The position numbers and the translations under genes are program-made. Positions 14,555 through 32,964 of a stretch of 64,000 nucleotides of DNA are shown here, in pieces. The notes beneath the pieces were generated by a model. That model was not told where the DNA came from. It saw nothing but the letters and a program-made list of their open reading frames with translations, and ran no database searches. How positions within the stretch are numbered: the stretch's first letter is position 1; each line of letters begins with the position of its first letter. Source of the DNA: Paecilomyces variotii (taxonomy: Eukaryota); the NCBI GenBank assembly GCA_004022145.1, contig RCNU01000001.1; one strand, 5' to 3'.

Positions 14555-14584
<30 letters not shown>
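14555..14584. repeat. (GA)15 microsatellite
   Basis: Directly visible. Confidence 0.95.
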
Positions 14585-14589
<5 letters not shown>

Positions 14590-16480
14590 CATTGCTAATG
14601 CAGGTCAACGGGATTGGTATGGGCCATGTTCGTGAGCGTGGATAGCACACAGCGTGATTGTGTAGGATGACCTCCATAGATAAGCATACACATGTCTAGC
14701 GTCCGCAAAGAGGGAGTCGAAAAAGCGTTCGAACAGTATTGATTCTGGTACCGACGAGTACACTGTTCAATAATAATGAAATTTCCCTGACTCCGTCTGA
14801 TGAGGATGGGGAAATTAGATGTAACAGTAAAACTACGGGGAAGGTCTAGGTGTAGTGTGTATGAAGCCAAAAGGGCCAATGCCCGATTGACTTTCTTGGT
14901 AGCGCCCGCCGTGGCTTTGGGCTAAGTAAGTAGAGCATCCAGTTTCGGCCCTTCCCGACTGGCAACTATTACTTTGTCCATCTCTACAGAAACGAGGAAT
15001 CCCTATCCATCATTCCTCAGGGAGCTTCCTCTCCCTTCTGCGCTTATTCGGGGATGGATTGCGTATTACTACTCGGGCGGAAATTCAGAAAAAAATAAAA
15101 AAAAAGCGCGTCCAGAAGTGTAGGGCGCATACCTCGGCAGGACCGTGCCGTGAAGGGCGACTAGGTATTATCGATCGACTCTGAGTCTCTGACACAACAA
15201 TAGCTTTATGTGCAGCGGAGCATCATAGGCTTCTTCCAGAACAAGGGAGCCAAGCCCCTAGTTTCCATACAGAATTAACTTGTCATCTTGAATACCAAGC
15301 GTGATGATCGCTAACTGTCATTGGATGCCACAGAAAGCTTCGCCTTCCATATCACGTCGGCTGGCTGATTCACGCGCGCCAGTTGTGAAACGAAGGAAAC
15401 CAACAGGGGGCCCATTGCTGTTAACCTCATCCTCTGGTCTTCGTTTCCCCAGGGCAGTCATCCGCCAGGCAATCAAAGAATGTCGGAACCTTTGAGCATC
15501 GTGATGGCGGCACACTCCCGCGGATCAAATAGATTGAATCTTCGTCCAATCTCGTACAAGATAGAATAAGCCCCCAGGCACACATACGGCGTTCCACTCT
15601 ACATTGCTACTGGCCTAGCGCAAATCGCATGCAAATCATGGTCTTGTGCCCGTGCCTCAGGAACACTTGATGCGGGAAATGAAGAGCCTAGACAGCTGGG
15701 CGTTTGTCCGTTCCTGGAGATCTACTCCGCTTTTCTTTATCAAACCATATTCTATGGACCCTTGCGGAGTTACTTCGTCTTTCCGCTCTGGAGCCCCGAG
15801 CTGTTACCAATGTAGCGAGAATAAGCTCATTACCCATGCTTGAAGCTTGGCCTCTCATGGAAACCTCACGATATGACCTCTTGGTGCAACGCTCGGAACT
15901 CGACCACGAACCATTATAGCTCCTGTGACCCTTCGGTTTAGCTTCATCTAGAATTACCCAAGCAGGTAATCGTGAAGCTGTCAGGAGCGGTTTGTCTGCT
16001 TGGCTGTCGAGCCTGGCCTCATCGGATCCGGTGCCGACCCGGAAACGTTACATTCCATCACTCGTGGCCCCCCTGGAACTAAAACTGCTCACTACGGAAT
16101 GCTCACTTGCACATGGACAGTATAGTCATCTAACCTGCTATCTTCACAACTTGGGTAGGCGGGAACGGTTCTGGACTATCAGCTATGACCGCGTGTCCAT
16201 CACCGTCTATACCCCCAGGGGAAGGTGACTCGAAAGCGAATTCACGGGGGGTGCCTGTAACCGAATTCACCAGAGTAGGAGAAAGGAAACCTCGAATGGA
16301 TATATTAAAGCGCTTTCTTCATCACCAGTTTTTCTCTATCTCTCTTGTTTGTGTTAAGGACCCACACCGCAGTAGTTTCACCTTCATTGCACAGTTTTAT
16401 TGCAATACATTCCTTCTGAAACGATCAATTTCTTACTTTCCTTGACATCTATACTTGTCTCCTCTTTCTAGGATTCCATT

Positions 16481-17790
16481 ATGCCTTCCTTCAGGAATAC
16501 CTTTGCCGCAGCTCTTCTTGCTTCGATGCAGGGAGCTTATGCTACTTTGGATACCTCATCTACTACCAACATAGCTGTCTACTGGGGTACGGAAGCTCAT
16601 CTTCCCCCAATATGGGCCTCATGACTGACTAGTCACTTTTTTCGAACAGGTCAGAACTCGTACGATCAGTCGAGCGGAGATCTTGCCCAGCAGCCCTTGG
16701 CTTACTACTGTGACAGTAAGTAACACAAAGCATTATAGTATACTTATACTATATCAAGTGCTCCTACTGACGATATTCATTTCTGTAGATGATGATATCG
16801 ACGTATGAACAATTCTAAAAGGCGAGCCATGTTCTGAATACTTAGACTAATGATCAAATAGGTCTTTCAACTTGCTTTCGTTACCATGATCAACGGACAG
16901 GGTGGCGCTCCGGAGGTCAATTTTTCCAATGCTGGAAACAACTGCACTACCTTTGATGGTACTGCTTTATTGAACTGTCCTCAAATTGGGTATGTTGCAC
17001 TGACTCTTCTGTCATGATTGTATACTTGAAGCAAGGCACGTCCCTCTAACACAATTTATCTGTCAGTGCCGATATTACTACTTGCCAGAGCAAGGGAAAA
17101 ACTATCCTCCTTTCTATTGGAGGTGCCACCTACACTGAGGGCGGTTTCACTTCAGAATCCGCTGCTGTCGCGGGTGCCAACCTGATTTGGGAGACCTTTG
17201 GGCCTCAGTCGTCTAGCTCTTCGGTCAACCGTCCTTTTGGAGACGCTGTGGTTGATGGATTCGATTTCGACTTTGAGGCCACAGTTAGCAACATGGCAGC
17301 ATTTGGAAACCAGCTACGGAGTCTGATGGATGCCGATACTTCCAAGAAGTACTACCTTACGGCTGCGCCGCAATGTGTCTACCCTGATGCTGCTGACAAC
17401 CAGATGCTTGATGGGGCTGTGTACTTCGACGCAATCTGGGTGCAATTTTACAACAACTACTGTGGTGTGAACTCCTACGTCGCCGGCTCCTCTACGCAGA
17501 ACAACTTCAACTTTGACACCTGGGACAACTGGGCCAAGACCACCTCGAAGAACCCGGATGTCAAGGTCTTCTTGGGTGTCCCTGCCAACACTGGTGCCGC
17601 CGGAACCGGCTACTTGCCTGCGTCCAGTCTGGCTCCCGTCATCCAGTATTCCAAGACTTTCTCCAGCTTTGGAGGCGTGATGATGTGGGATGCTAGTCAG
17701 GCATATGCTAACAGCGGCTTCATCAGCGCGGTCAAGTCAACCTTGACGACTACTGCGTCTCGCGTTATGCGACGTATTGCACTCTTTTAG
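16481..17790 (+). CDS. GH18 class III (subgroup B) secreted chitinase
   Basis: Signal peptide, IAVYWGQNS, KTILLSIGG, catalytic DGFDFDFE, LTAAPQC, WVQFYNN, GGVMMWD; four introns, including one 14-nt micro-exon (16789-16802). Confidence 0.93.
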
Positions 17791-19064
17791 AAATCCAGGG
17801 CATTGATTGTCTTCGTCATATCTCTCCCTAGTGGAGAGCGTGTCTATGCCACAACCATCTGGATCGTGCGCATCTGCGCCCGCTGGTAACGGTTGTGAAC
17901 TCGGACCGGTCGATTTTTATAAACTTTCTGGCCGTACATATCTTCATTTGTTTTGAGGCATGAATGAGTCACTCGTTTCTGTCTCTTTTTTGCGACCACA
18001 CGCGGTGTTCTTGTATATACTTTATAAGTGTTAGCGGATATTCACGGAAGTGCTGATCGATATGGTTGTAGTAGTCTCTGTCTTTGCTTTTAGTTTCGAA
18101 GTTTGCAAATATAAAATCACATATGGATCGGAAATAGACCATCACCATTTTCGATGTTTTTGCTATGTTTGGTATTTGTCTGTGCCTTTTCTGGCAGCAG
18201 TCTAGGTTACAGTCTAGCCTCGTCTTCAACCATCAGTAGTAGTAGCTTGACGTCTGTCAAGTGGCTGCAACATCTACTAAGAGGGATTGATTAGACTCAA
18301 CGTTAATACGTCACATCACGACGATGATGCGCAATCTGACAAACAGCAGAATCACTTGGGGGCCGAATACTTATTGACGGCCAGCACTTGATTGCTTCAC
18401 CTGTGAAGGGAACGCTCTCGTCTTCTTCTTACCGAGGCATCTCCTCCAGTCAATTGGCCGTTGTCACTTTGTGAAGGCAGTGATATCACGGGCTGAATAA
18501 TGAAGAAGTTTAAGTGATAGCTTCGCGACCCCACCTGACGCAAAAAGACATGTTCTTTTGTGCTTCCAGCCAGCATCTGCGACACTAGAGGAAGGCCAGT
18601 TGCATCCTGAATCCAGACAATTGTATAAAAAGCGACTAGACAAGTAGTTCGAGCTATAAGTATAAGTAAAACGGCAGCAAACGGGCGCAAGTGGTGGATG
18701 CTGTCGCCGGAGACCAGCCATTATTGGATCTGTGACCTCCGCCACTAACTAGCCCTCAGAAAGCTGGAATCTGTAAGTTAGCGAGTCTCCCAGATCTTCT
18801 TCGGACCGTGCCTCATCCCCTTCAGAGCTGCACAACTTGCGACGGTTCAGTTCACTTGACGCCGCCTTTCTTCTCCATTTTTTTCCTTCGTCCGTCTGAT
18901 CTTCACTGAGTTTGGCTTTTCTGCCTGATCCGCCTGCAGCGCACTGCCCTCCCCGTCCTCGGTGCGTGGAGGCACTTCCCTTCATGGACAACGTAAGAAC
19001 CTCGACTCTTCTTTCTCTTGTGCCTGTGCTCGTGCTTTGATGCACCCAACGCCATAACGCAGCC

Positions 19065-23170
<4,106 letters not shown>

Positions 23171-23814
23171 ATGCTTTCTGGGACATGGTGCCGTGGCGAG
23201 CAAGGGGGCTGTCTTTTGTTGCTTATTGGCACACATTCTACTGGAGTTAGACAGGTCAAAATGTTATAACGGTGGTGACCAGCTGAACGACGTGGACGGT
23301 CATGAACATGCCTCCCTAGCTATTTGGTCACGGCAAATGGAAAGACATCATAACGTCATGGACATTGGCAGTGGCATATTCTTGTCTATTCTTTTTTCTT
23401 TCTTTCTTTCTTTCTTCCACTGTTTGTCTTTGGTCTCTTCATCTGGGGGTGAGGTCATTATTGGTTCCGAAGTCGCGTCAGCGTCTCCAGCAAATTATGT
23501 AGAAGGTACTAGCACGGAAGCAATGAAATCTAAAAATGGGTCAAAGTTAGATTTGTCCTTTCTATCTTTATTACTTTTGCCCTCTTGTAACCAGCCAGTT
23601 AGTTAACTAGTTAAATGCTTCGAGGTCTTAGTAAGATTTGGCATGGAATCGAGGTAGTTATATACTGAGCTGCCTGAGGCGCTGGGGTGCAAATCAGACA
23701 AACACGGGCGCGGAACAACCCACAGCTGTCCAGAAGACCGCTTGGCTCCCTGAAGAGTGACAACAAACCACCAAGGGAGGACTCAACAGTACATCGGCCT
23801 CCTTCCCAGACAAA

Positions 23815-24708
23815 ATGCGCGTCGCGGCTCTAGTGCTAGGCCTTCTGGCCACTGCAGTTTCATCTGTTTCTGCAACTGCTCTGACCTACAAACTTGAGGC
23901 CAACGAGAAGGCGTGCTTCTATGCCCAGGTCGAGCAGCAGAACGCCAAGGTGGCTTTCTACTTCGCGGTAAGTAGTTGTTGATCTCGAATTGTCATCATC
24001 TTTTTTTTTCTTTTCCCAAGATTGCTTTCTACGTCAGCTGGAAAGGAGTCAGGAAATGACTGATGTGTGTTCGTTTTTACTACAGGTTCAATCCGGCGGT
24101 TCATTCGATGTCGACTACTCCGTTACTGGACCCAACGAAAAGGCGATCTTGGACGGCATAAAGGAGAGGCAGGGAGATTTCGTCTTCACCGCTCAGGTCC
24201 CCGGAGAATACCGATTCTGCTTCAACAATGAGATGTCCACGTTTGCGGAGAAGCTGGTCGATTTCGAGATTGCGGTGCGTAGATCTGATAGCTGGCTATG
24301 GGTCGTGTACGGACGACTAACATCACGCCTTCTTGGTCGTACAGGTTGAGAATGAGGAACGTGCCCAGCTGCCCTCCAAGCAGGGGGCCAGCCCCGAGCA
24401 GGCATCCGCCCTTGAGGAGTCTATCTTCAAGCTCTCCGCCCAGCTGTCCACCATTTCCCGCAACCAGAAGTACTTCCGGACCCGTGAAAACAGAAACTTC
24501 AGCACCGTGCGGAGTACGGAACGACGTATCTTTAACTTCAGTATCATTGAAAGTCTCATGATGGTCTCAATGGCGGCGCTGCAGGTCTTTATTGTGCGGT
24601 TCTTCTTCCAGGGAGCGCGGAAAGGTACGTTGCGAGCACGTGATATAGGGGTTCATAATCCCCTTACTAGAATACATTTTTGACTAACATGGAATAGGCT
24701 ACGTGTGA
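23815..24708 (+). CDS. p24/emp24-gp25L family cargo receptor (Erp-type)
   Basis: Signal peptide MRVAALVLGLLATAVSSVSA, GOLD domain (FYFAVQSGGSFDVDY, GEYRFCFNNEMST), coiled coil, TM segment and FFQGARKGYV* tail; three introns. Confidence 0.92.
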
Positions 24709-27700
24709 TGATTATACGTTGTAATGCTATTTTGGCCCTTCTCCTGTATTACTCTAGTCTCTGACCATTATCTACGAAATTTCTCTTCATAAAATGAACG
24801 CCAAGGATTGAAATGCATTCAAATAACTTTGATCAACCACAAGCTTTGCTTCTATCGTCATTGTCTGGTCTAGCCTTGGTGTTCGGTCTGCTAACTCGGA
24901 GATAATGAAATCATCGCACCCATCCGACCCCATTTGCCAAGTAAGCATGTGCACCGCTCGAGCTGCAACTACCGACACCTTCTCGGTTACATTTGAGTCG
25001 TCCCTGGCCTCAGGATTCTTGTACACTGGCCTATCAAGTAGACAGGACTGGCAACCGATGCCGTGAGTGGGATCCGAACTGGCCTATTCCCCTTGTGCGT
25101 GGATGGGCCGCTAAGGACTTGCGGTCGCTAAGGCCCCTTTACACGGCATGTCTATCAGAGTGATGCAGGATCAGATTCCCCCTCTGTCTGCAGTACTTTC
25201 CCCGTTGTTCATGAGAATGACCTTCTTTGGGGAAGCTTCGCGTGTCCTATCTGCAGTCTCCAATGGAACGTGCTAACCAAGCATTGGGTTATTGTCATGC
25301 ACTTCCTTTGACCGCTGACATACGCCCGACATGTAGTTACCCCTAGAAACAGGAGACCAATGTTGGATGGTCCGCTTGATGACGAAGGGACCGGTTTTCT
25401 ATCACCATATCGCCAGCTAACGGACGTCTTGGCTGACACGAGAATCGTCTGGTTCCTCCCAGCCATCTGAACGACCTTCCTAGTTGATGTGATGATAATG
25501 CAATCAAGCCAACTTCGGTGGGCATCTGATGCAAGTCAGGCAATAGATGACATTGGGGGAACTGCCAGAATCCTGACTACGAGAGCTATCTTTTTGACAG
25601 TGAGGCGACATCTCTCCTGTTCTGGACTTCAGGCTTTGCGGTCGCCACCAGAGAGAGTGAAGAAGATCCATGTTAGCGACCGAGGTCACTGCCAAGTTCA
25701 AATGGAGAACATGAGGCAAGAGGCTCCAGCAAAGTAAAGTATTGACTTGGCTCAAAGGTTCGGGTCTCAACTCTATCTGGGGACCCATCATCTAGTTGAG
25801 CCTCCTTGGCTGTCTTCTTACCGAGTCATAGAGTCTCCACCATTATCTAACAAGGGCTCCAGCCTTTCTTTGATATTGGATCTCATGGCGTATCCCACAG
25901 CTCTGCTTGATGCCAGCTTTCCATGGCCCCCAATTGAGAATCATGAAATGGGGTACAGCTGAGCTTTTAGATCCGTCAGAGTATTCTTGGGAGTTCTTCA
26001 ACTTGTCCGTATAGCTTGTGGTGTGATCTCCGATCAGCAACCAGTCTGGCCTTGCTTATGACGTCCGTCTTGACAGGGCTACCTCACTTGTTCCCAGGCC
26101 AGCCGACAGCCACCCAATGGGGAGAGCAATTACAGCGCAGGTTTACTATGGTCATTATACTTATACTAACAGGTGATCAGCCATTGTTGGCTACTAGTTG
26201 GCCACCTTAATTGTAGTGTGTCTGTCTTTCTTTCCCACCTCTCTGCGTTGGTCAAGGCCATGTATGGCATGGGAACGATGCGGATCCCCGAGACTGCGGG
26301 TGTCGATCATTAGGGGAAAGAAGGATTCTAGACCGTATTATTATAATACAATCGAATCGGATAATTGTCTACTTCTCTACGGGATCCCGATAGTTATATG
26401 TGGTAGAGGTGAAGAGATAACTCTGCTGTCGTTACGCACATGGATACAGTACTTAGAGCTCCAACGGCGGAGTAGTATGCTAAGTAGCAGGGGATTGGCT
26501 GAAGCGGTGATTTCCTTTGATCAGATCAGAACTGCGTATAATTCCTCACTGGATTGAATTGAATTTGCACTCTATAATATAATAATCGCGATTACTTCGA
26601 GATATAACTATTAATTGATTTGATGACTTTTATGTTCATTTCCCCAAGGGAGCAGCAGCATGACGTCAGCGGGCTGAGCTAGCTAGTTAGCTAGCTGACT
26701 GACTACCTAGGTAACGACAGGTAACGAATCAATCATCATCCAACATGAGAACGGATTCGATTCATCGAACCCCCGGGGAGTAACGCGAACCGCAACCCAG
26801 AACTTCGCTTCGCCGTTGGACGAGAACCGTGTCTGGGCCCTTGTTCGTGCGTTCCGAGTTCTCAAGAAAACGCAAATGGAGTAACTACATACATACTAAC
26901 CGAACCTCCTAGGGCTGAAAGGGAGGAGGATGACGATCATGAGCCATGGTTCTCTCCGTCGATGCATCTCCTGATGGTGCCTGCACTACCAGACGTCCTT
27001 CCACACTGGACTATGACTACTATGGACATGCCATCGGAGGTTTTCCTTCGGGCCTTCACGGTAGGCGACGACCATGAGACCCAGGCCGTCATATTGAGGG
27101 GGAAAGGCACGCGGGATACTGTATTGGGGTGATGTGTCCTCAATGTCGGCGACGAAAACGGTCGACCGGTCCAGGCTTGGCCGATCCCTCTGCCATTGAA
27201 TACTCTCTCTCCTTCATGGTCCAGACCAAGAGCCCATATCTATCTAGTTGCTATTGAATATGGTGCAAGTCCACTTGGTGACGCGCCTACTCCGGATCGA
27301 ACTACGGAGGTATCTGACCTCGTTTAGCAGAGTATACCATAACTGAATGATGTGCGTTATGTTACTACTATCTGGATGATAATAACGGGAGTGGGGTCCC
27401 CCTGATCAGAGCATCCGTTTTAGGGCAACGGATAACTCCCTATGGATGTGTACTTGAGTATGTAGAACCACAACGATGACCTTGGACCCAAAAGCACCGT
27501 GGAGACGGATTGTCAGTTCGTGGAGCCGACCAGTTCGATCTGCAGGGACCGCTTCGTTGGACGGGCGATCGCCGGGAACTGACGATGCGGTGCTGGTCGG
27601 AATTGCCCAGTGACCTCATCAATGGCCGTCTCGATCTCCTTTAGTGAGAAAACATCCAACGCAGAAAGACCCATGGCTATCGTGGCGCTTGTGCCGCTGT

Positions 27701-28421
27701 GTGACGGCCTCAGCTCCTCCCGTAGCGGATTCTCCATGACGCTACGGGACCATCCAGAGCGCTTAGTGGCAACCTCCCATGATGATGTCGGCCGCGAACC
27801 GTCAGCCCCCAGACCGTAGGTGGAATATGATATCATGTTGCTTGGGTTAGTCGGCCGATGGGGCCTCGTTCGAACGAATCATCGCCGACGGGCCGGCGAT
27901 CTATGTACATACATTATCAACCACGCCGGCGTTGTCTCGAAGGCACGTACATAACAGCACTTCTAGTTGAAAAGCAGAACTATGGTACCGTCTAGATCTT
28001 CGCATCAGTCTAGTATTTTCTGATAGTTGTCTCTTCTGCCCATCACATCCCAGGACCAGAGAACACCGTTCACTACCAAAGATCTTTGGGCTGAAGATCT
28101 GCCTATCTTGGTCCATTATCAATTGATCCCCGACGAACGTGAGTTGAGAAATTTTCTTCAAAGTTGCTTGGATTATTTCTTCTTTTTTTTTCTTTTTCCT
28201 TCTTTTTATTCCGGAAGTATGGGGGGTTGTTTCCTAAATGCTTCCATCGATCTCTTTCCCGTTACGGTGATTGAGGCATCTATGGTTCCGTCGAGGACAC
28301 GTTCAATGTTACAAGATCATTGTTATGATCAATGAAGACATCAGAGCTAACTCCACTATAGAAAGACACAACGTGATATAACATCCATCTATCAGCTCCT
28401 CCTACAGAGCCGACAGCAACC

Positions 28422-28790
28422 ATGCAACCGACAGCATCAATGTTTCCCACACACTCGGGAGAGATTCGACACGACTCGAGGACAGAAAACCAGTCCTCCA
28501 ACTCGCGTCCCAATCCTCACCAGTCAGTAGATGACTACAACAGAGTCATGCTGCAATATACTCAACGCCAGATGGCTTCCTTCACCAAGTCCGCTGACCC
28601 CAGTCGCCGAAACGACAGCGTGGGCAGCGGCAGCAGTGGAAGCAGTGGCCGCAGCAGCAGCAGCCACAATAGCAATCGAAGCAACAACTCGGTCCGCAGC
28701 AGCCTTGATCGGGAACCCAGCGGTGCTGGTCCCCCTCGTGGAGGCCGAGATCGACATCAAAACGACGCTGAGGGCGTTCCCTCGCAGTGA
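28422..28790 (+). CDS. Small Ser-rich hypothetical protein
   Basis: 122-aa ATG ORF in good start context with coding-like codons. Short helical motif SVDDYNRVMLQYTQRQMASF followed by low complexity. Confidence 0.6.
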   Translation: MQPTASMFPTHSGEIRHDSRTENQSSNSRPNPHQSVDDYNRVMLQYTQRQMASFTKSADPSRRNDSVGSGSSGSSGRSSSSHNSNRSNNSVRSSLDREPSGAGPPRGGRDRHQNDAEGVPSQ

Positions 28791-31313
28791 TGAAGGCTAT
28801 GGTTCTCTACGAGGTGAGTGCAGTTACAAGTCTGCAGCAACCAATCAGGAAGGATCATAGTATGGCTGACAACATGACATTCAGTCGGGAAAAATAATAT
28901 CGAGCCTGTGGTTAGAACGTACGGGTCACGCTGGTCCTGCTGTCAGATCTTCCCACCTTGAAACGATGTCACGACTCGAGCGCTCGTCATCATACTTCCC
29001 CTTTTTCGACTATCTCCGCTATAGGTTTCTAGCGTTCTGTCAAGCATAGATAGATTGCACCTCGAGAGAGCGTCCATCCTCCATGGTACTCGTTCCTGGA
29101 CAGTCTGAGCTTTCGTAGGCGTTGATCTGAATTTTTAGCCAAAGCTCGGTGTCTATAATGTTCTTGACAGAGGACCGGCTTTATCTTTTCTTGGCCCGTG
29201 GACCATACTGCCCTCTTGCTCTTTTTTTTTTTTTTTTTTTACTTTCTTGTTTCTAATAATTGAAACGAATTTGCATGCCGTGTGTTTCAAGCGATGTTAA
29301 TTTATTTTTTTCCTATTTCTCATCACGACTGTTACGATTACAACTATTAGTTACCTATACTGGGATATTCGATGGTGCTTATCGAGTAATGAGATAACTA
29401 GTTCCGCAGGGTATTGGTTGAGAAGAAGAAAAAAGTAACGAAAATTCTTCTGCAAGTTACGAGATATTATTTTATTTCTTTTTTTTTTCCTTTTTTGTTA
29501 TATATATGGTAGTGTGTGATTAGTATTTCATTTATAGAAAGGGGATACGGTCTTCCGCTCCACACATGCAGACCCATGTATGTATGTACCTAATGTACGT
29601 ACTACCGAGTTTAGTGCCAGTTAGAGTGTACACTCTACTTTGTTTGTACTGGTCAAGTGGACGATGACGTGAAGGCTTGCTGGGATATATGGTAGTTATG
29701 TGCATACATTTGTAATTAGGTATTATTAACTACCTAGTTACTACTCATCTTATCTAATCCGTCGTGTTTTCGAGGGTTATTTCTGTTTCTATATTGTTCT
29801 ACCGTCTCCGGTCTGCTTGATGGTTCGTCAGCGGGATAATAACTAAGTTAATGGAAACGCGCGGGTTGGTCGCGAGGTGGAATTTGAGAGTTCTCTCTAT
29901 GTGGATCCTTGTTGTCGGTTAATTAGTGTATAAATACTGTAGAGTAGAGCAGAGTAGAGGAACTACTGGTATTTATTATGTATTACTCCAGTTCTGCTTT
30001 GGAGTTTTACTAGCACGGGCCAGTAAGTTGACACAGAGTCAGTCCGTTATCTAGTGATTAACTGTGTCATCTTCTTCTTCTTCTTCTTCTTCCCCGCCGT
30101 CGGTTACGAGATGGTTGTCCATGACGCCTGCCCTTTGAGAAAAGAGTACGAGAGAAAAATAACTCGGTGACTAAATGACTGGCTAAGCGGCTGACTGAAT
30201 GAAGGACGGGCGGACAGACACGCAAGACAGCGCTGAAAGTTTTAAACCACTCTACCCAGTACGCAGGCCTCCTCTCTCGAAGGTTCCCATTATTTCCGAC
30301 AAGAATCCACCACGTCGAAGAAAAAACGAAGGTGTCCACGAGCGGAGTCAGTGCCGGGACACACTACTAGTTAATAATAGACGACAGTTTCTCCTGCGCT
30401 TTCTTTTTCCGCCGCCAATCTGAGGGAGTTCTGGAAGAAGGGGGGGAACAAGGTTACTACGATATCGAGTAAGTAATGTGGTTGATCGTCGGCTTGATCC
30501 GCAATCGAGAACCTCCACCCGTGCCTTGTGCGCCTTTTTCCTGAGGTCTGGGGCTGCTGGAGATTAAGTAGGGTAAGTGGCTGAAATGGATGGAGATGGC
30601 CCCGTAGATGTACGGGTTAATACAACTACGGTCGATTACGGGAAGAGTACCATATTATGTGGTGGAGCTGGAGATTGCTACATAATAATAATAATAATAA
30701 GCAATTACTCTGGTATTGATATTAATGCCTCGAATTGAAGTTTGCTCTGTCTGTAAGTATGCTCGAAGCCAATAAAAACTCGGTAGTCATGAAACCCCCT
30801 TCAAGCTACCTCATATTCATTCCTACTACTTAGTTCTGCGTCACGCTAGCCCGGCGCCTTATGCTTGTATGTCGATACCTCATATAACGACCTATACAGC
30901 AAGTCCATATGATGCCAAATGATCAGAATAAGTATCGCAGACCAGTCGGATAGTTCACATGAAGACTTTCGTATCTGGCGTCAAATTAAGTATATGAAGT
31001 GTGAAATGCTTCGACTGTATTCAGCTCCTGCACCCTGTGATTTATCTCACTGTTCAACTGCTACTACATATATAACCCAGTTTCCTAATATGGCCTTCTT
31101 ATTCACGTCAGGTGCACTTGGAACTTCTAGATCATGCGCTCGTTACTGACAACTTTTCAGGTAAGTAGATACTGCAATTGGTATGATCTGAGCCTTCCCA
31201 AAACTGCAGTTTCCCTAACCGGTGGCTGCTAAGGTCCATAACAGCCGCTGCTGGATGGATTTGTTTTCTCCCTTTTCTTTCTGTTACTAGTTAACTAGGT
31301 ATCGCTGACAACA

Positions 31314-31634
31314 ATGGAAGCCATCCAAAATCTCGTCGTCGTTATGGCCGCAATCGGCTTTGTTTTTGTTGGAGCCAATGCTTTGGTTACCGGCATCAAG
31401 GCCGCGAGAGCCGAGTGGGGGAGAGAGAATCGCGTTCCGGAGAACCAGGGGGAGGGGGGGCGGACTCGCTTTTTGATGCGAGTGTTGAACGCGGGATACG
31501 CGTTCTTGCGTGCGGTGGCCCGTCTCGAGGCCACTAGAAGCGGGGTAGGGCCAGGTGCCCAGGGACAGGCGATCTCTGGTGCTGTTGGTGGTGGTAGCGG
31601 TCCTGGAGGAGGAGGAGGAGGAAGAGGAGGATAA
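31314..31634 (+). CDS. Hypothetical small membrane-anchored protein; may extend past an in-frame TAA to 31751
   Basis: N-terminal hydrophobic segment. Upstream TATATAA (~31070) and a CAG|GTAAGT donor at ~31161 suggest a transcribed gene with a 5'-UTR intron. Gly-rich end. Confidence 0.5.
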   Translation: MEAIQNLVVVMAAIGFVFVGANALVTGIKAARAEWGRENRVPENQGEGGRTRFLMRVLNAGYAFLRAVARLEATRSGVGPGAQGQAISGAVGGGSGPGGGGGGRGG

Positions 31635-32964
31635 GGGGAGGAAGAGGAGGAGGGTCAGACCAGTCCATCGGTGCCTTTGCGGGAGGGCACCGGTGCCTCG
31701 ACTGGGACCCAACACCAGCGTCGAGTTCACACTTCTACGCAGTGCTGGTGACGAGTACCTGTTAACTGGGAACAGGGAAACCAAGATGAACTCACAAACA
31801 GAAACAAAAATCGAATCGATTTCATGAACGAAGCATCATTCGAACCTCCCCTATTTAACAGACACCTGATCCAGGTGACTCTCAACAAAAGGGCTCGACT
31901 TGCTCTATGCAGAACATTTGTTGATACTGAGATTGTCGGTTTTTCCTCTCTGAAAGGTACGACGACGTTCTGTCGTAGCTCTGTTGAGCTGCTGTTCAAA
32001 TTTCCCCCCCTGATCTGTCTTTTTATTCAACCGAACCTTGTTGCTGTCAATTCTAATCCGCGCAAATCTATTAGCGAGATCGTTGAGTATTGTTTCGACT
32101 CCGAGAACAAAAGCATTATCCATACCTTGACACACAGAGATCAAATCTCATTTCTTGAGCCGGTCTTATTATAAAGCTGCGGCGTCCCAGATGTCTCCAA
32201 AAACCCAGATTCGTCGCACCGCGTTGCTCTTACAGATCAGTGTCTCGCCGCTTTATGATCTTATTAGCGCAGACTGATAATCAGCGCATATCCCAACAAT
32301 CACGGCCACTTTCCGAGAATTGAAACGTCTTATTCCATTTATAAAGGAATGAGATTCTCTGGCAATACGACTTAATCAGGAAGATTATAGACCGGGATAT
32401 TGGGAAGATTAGAAAACATGTACTCCCGCAGATGTACCTAAGAACACTTAGCCATAGCTCGTTTATCCCAGAGACAATCTGATAAATCATACCTGATCGG
32501 CTATGATCTCGGATGTTGAACCAACTCAATTGGTTATTCATGTGGGCTCTTAGGCGGAAAACAGACTGGGGGTTCAGATAACTAACAAAATCGACCAAAT
32601 TAGATAAATATTTGTGCAGGAAGTGGTGGAAATCAACTAGCTATGTAGTTACTTACGTGGTCTGAAGAGTTGTTGGATCCCCCTCCGGTGGTCCCTGCTG
32701 GGCGCCCCTTTGCACTGGCGATCACGTGACCGGGAGATCCTATATAGGATCCTCCGGGCTTCCTAGTTAGTAATCAAGCAAGCAAGCTTTCTCCCGCTTC
32801 AACCACGCTCAGGATCAGTATCCCTAGACACGATCCTCGATTGAGTATCTTAGCAGGTTCAACAAGTTATACTACTAGTTAGTTAGTTGGCTACTATCAT
32901 TCCTACATAAACGCCTTGGTGAGCGAGATCTGCTAAGGGGAGCTAAACCAGGGGGTAATTATGA

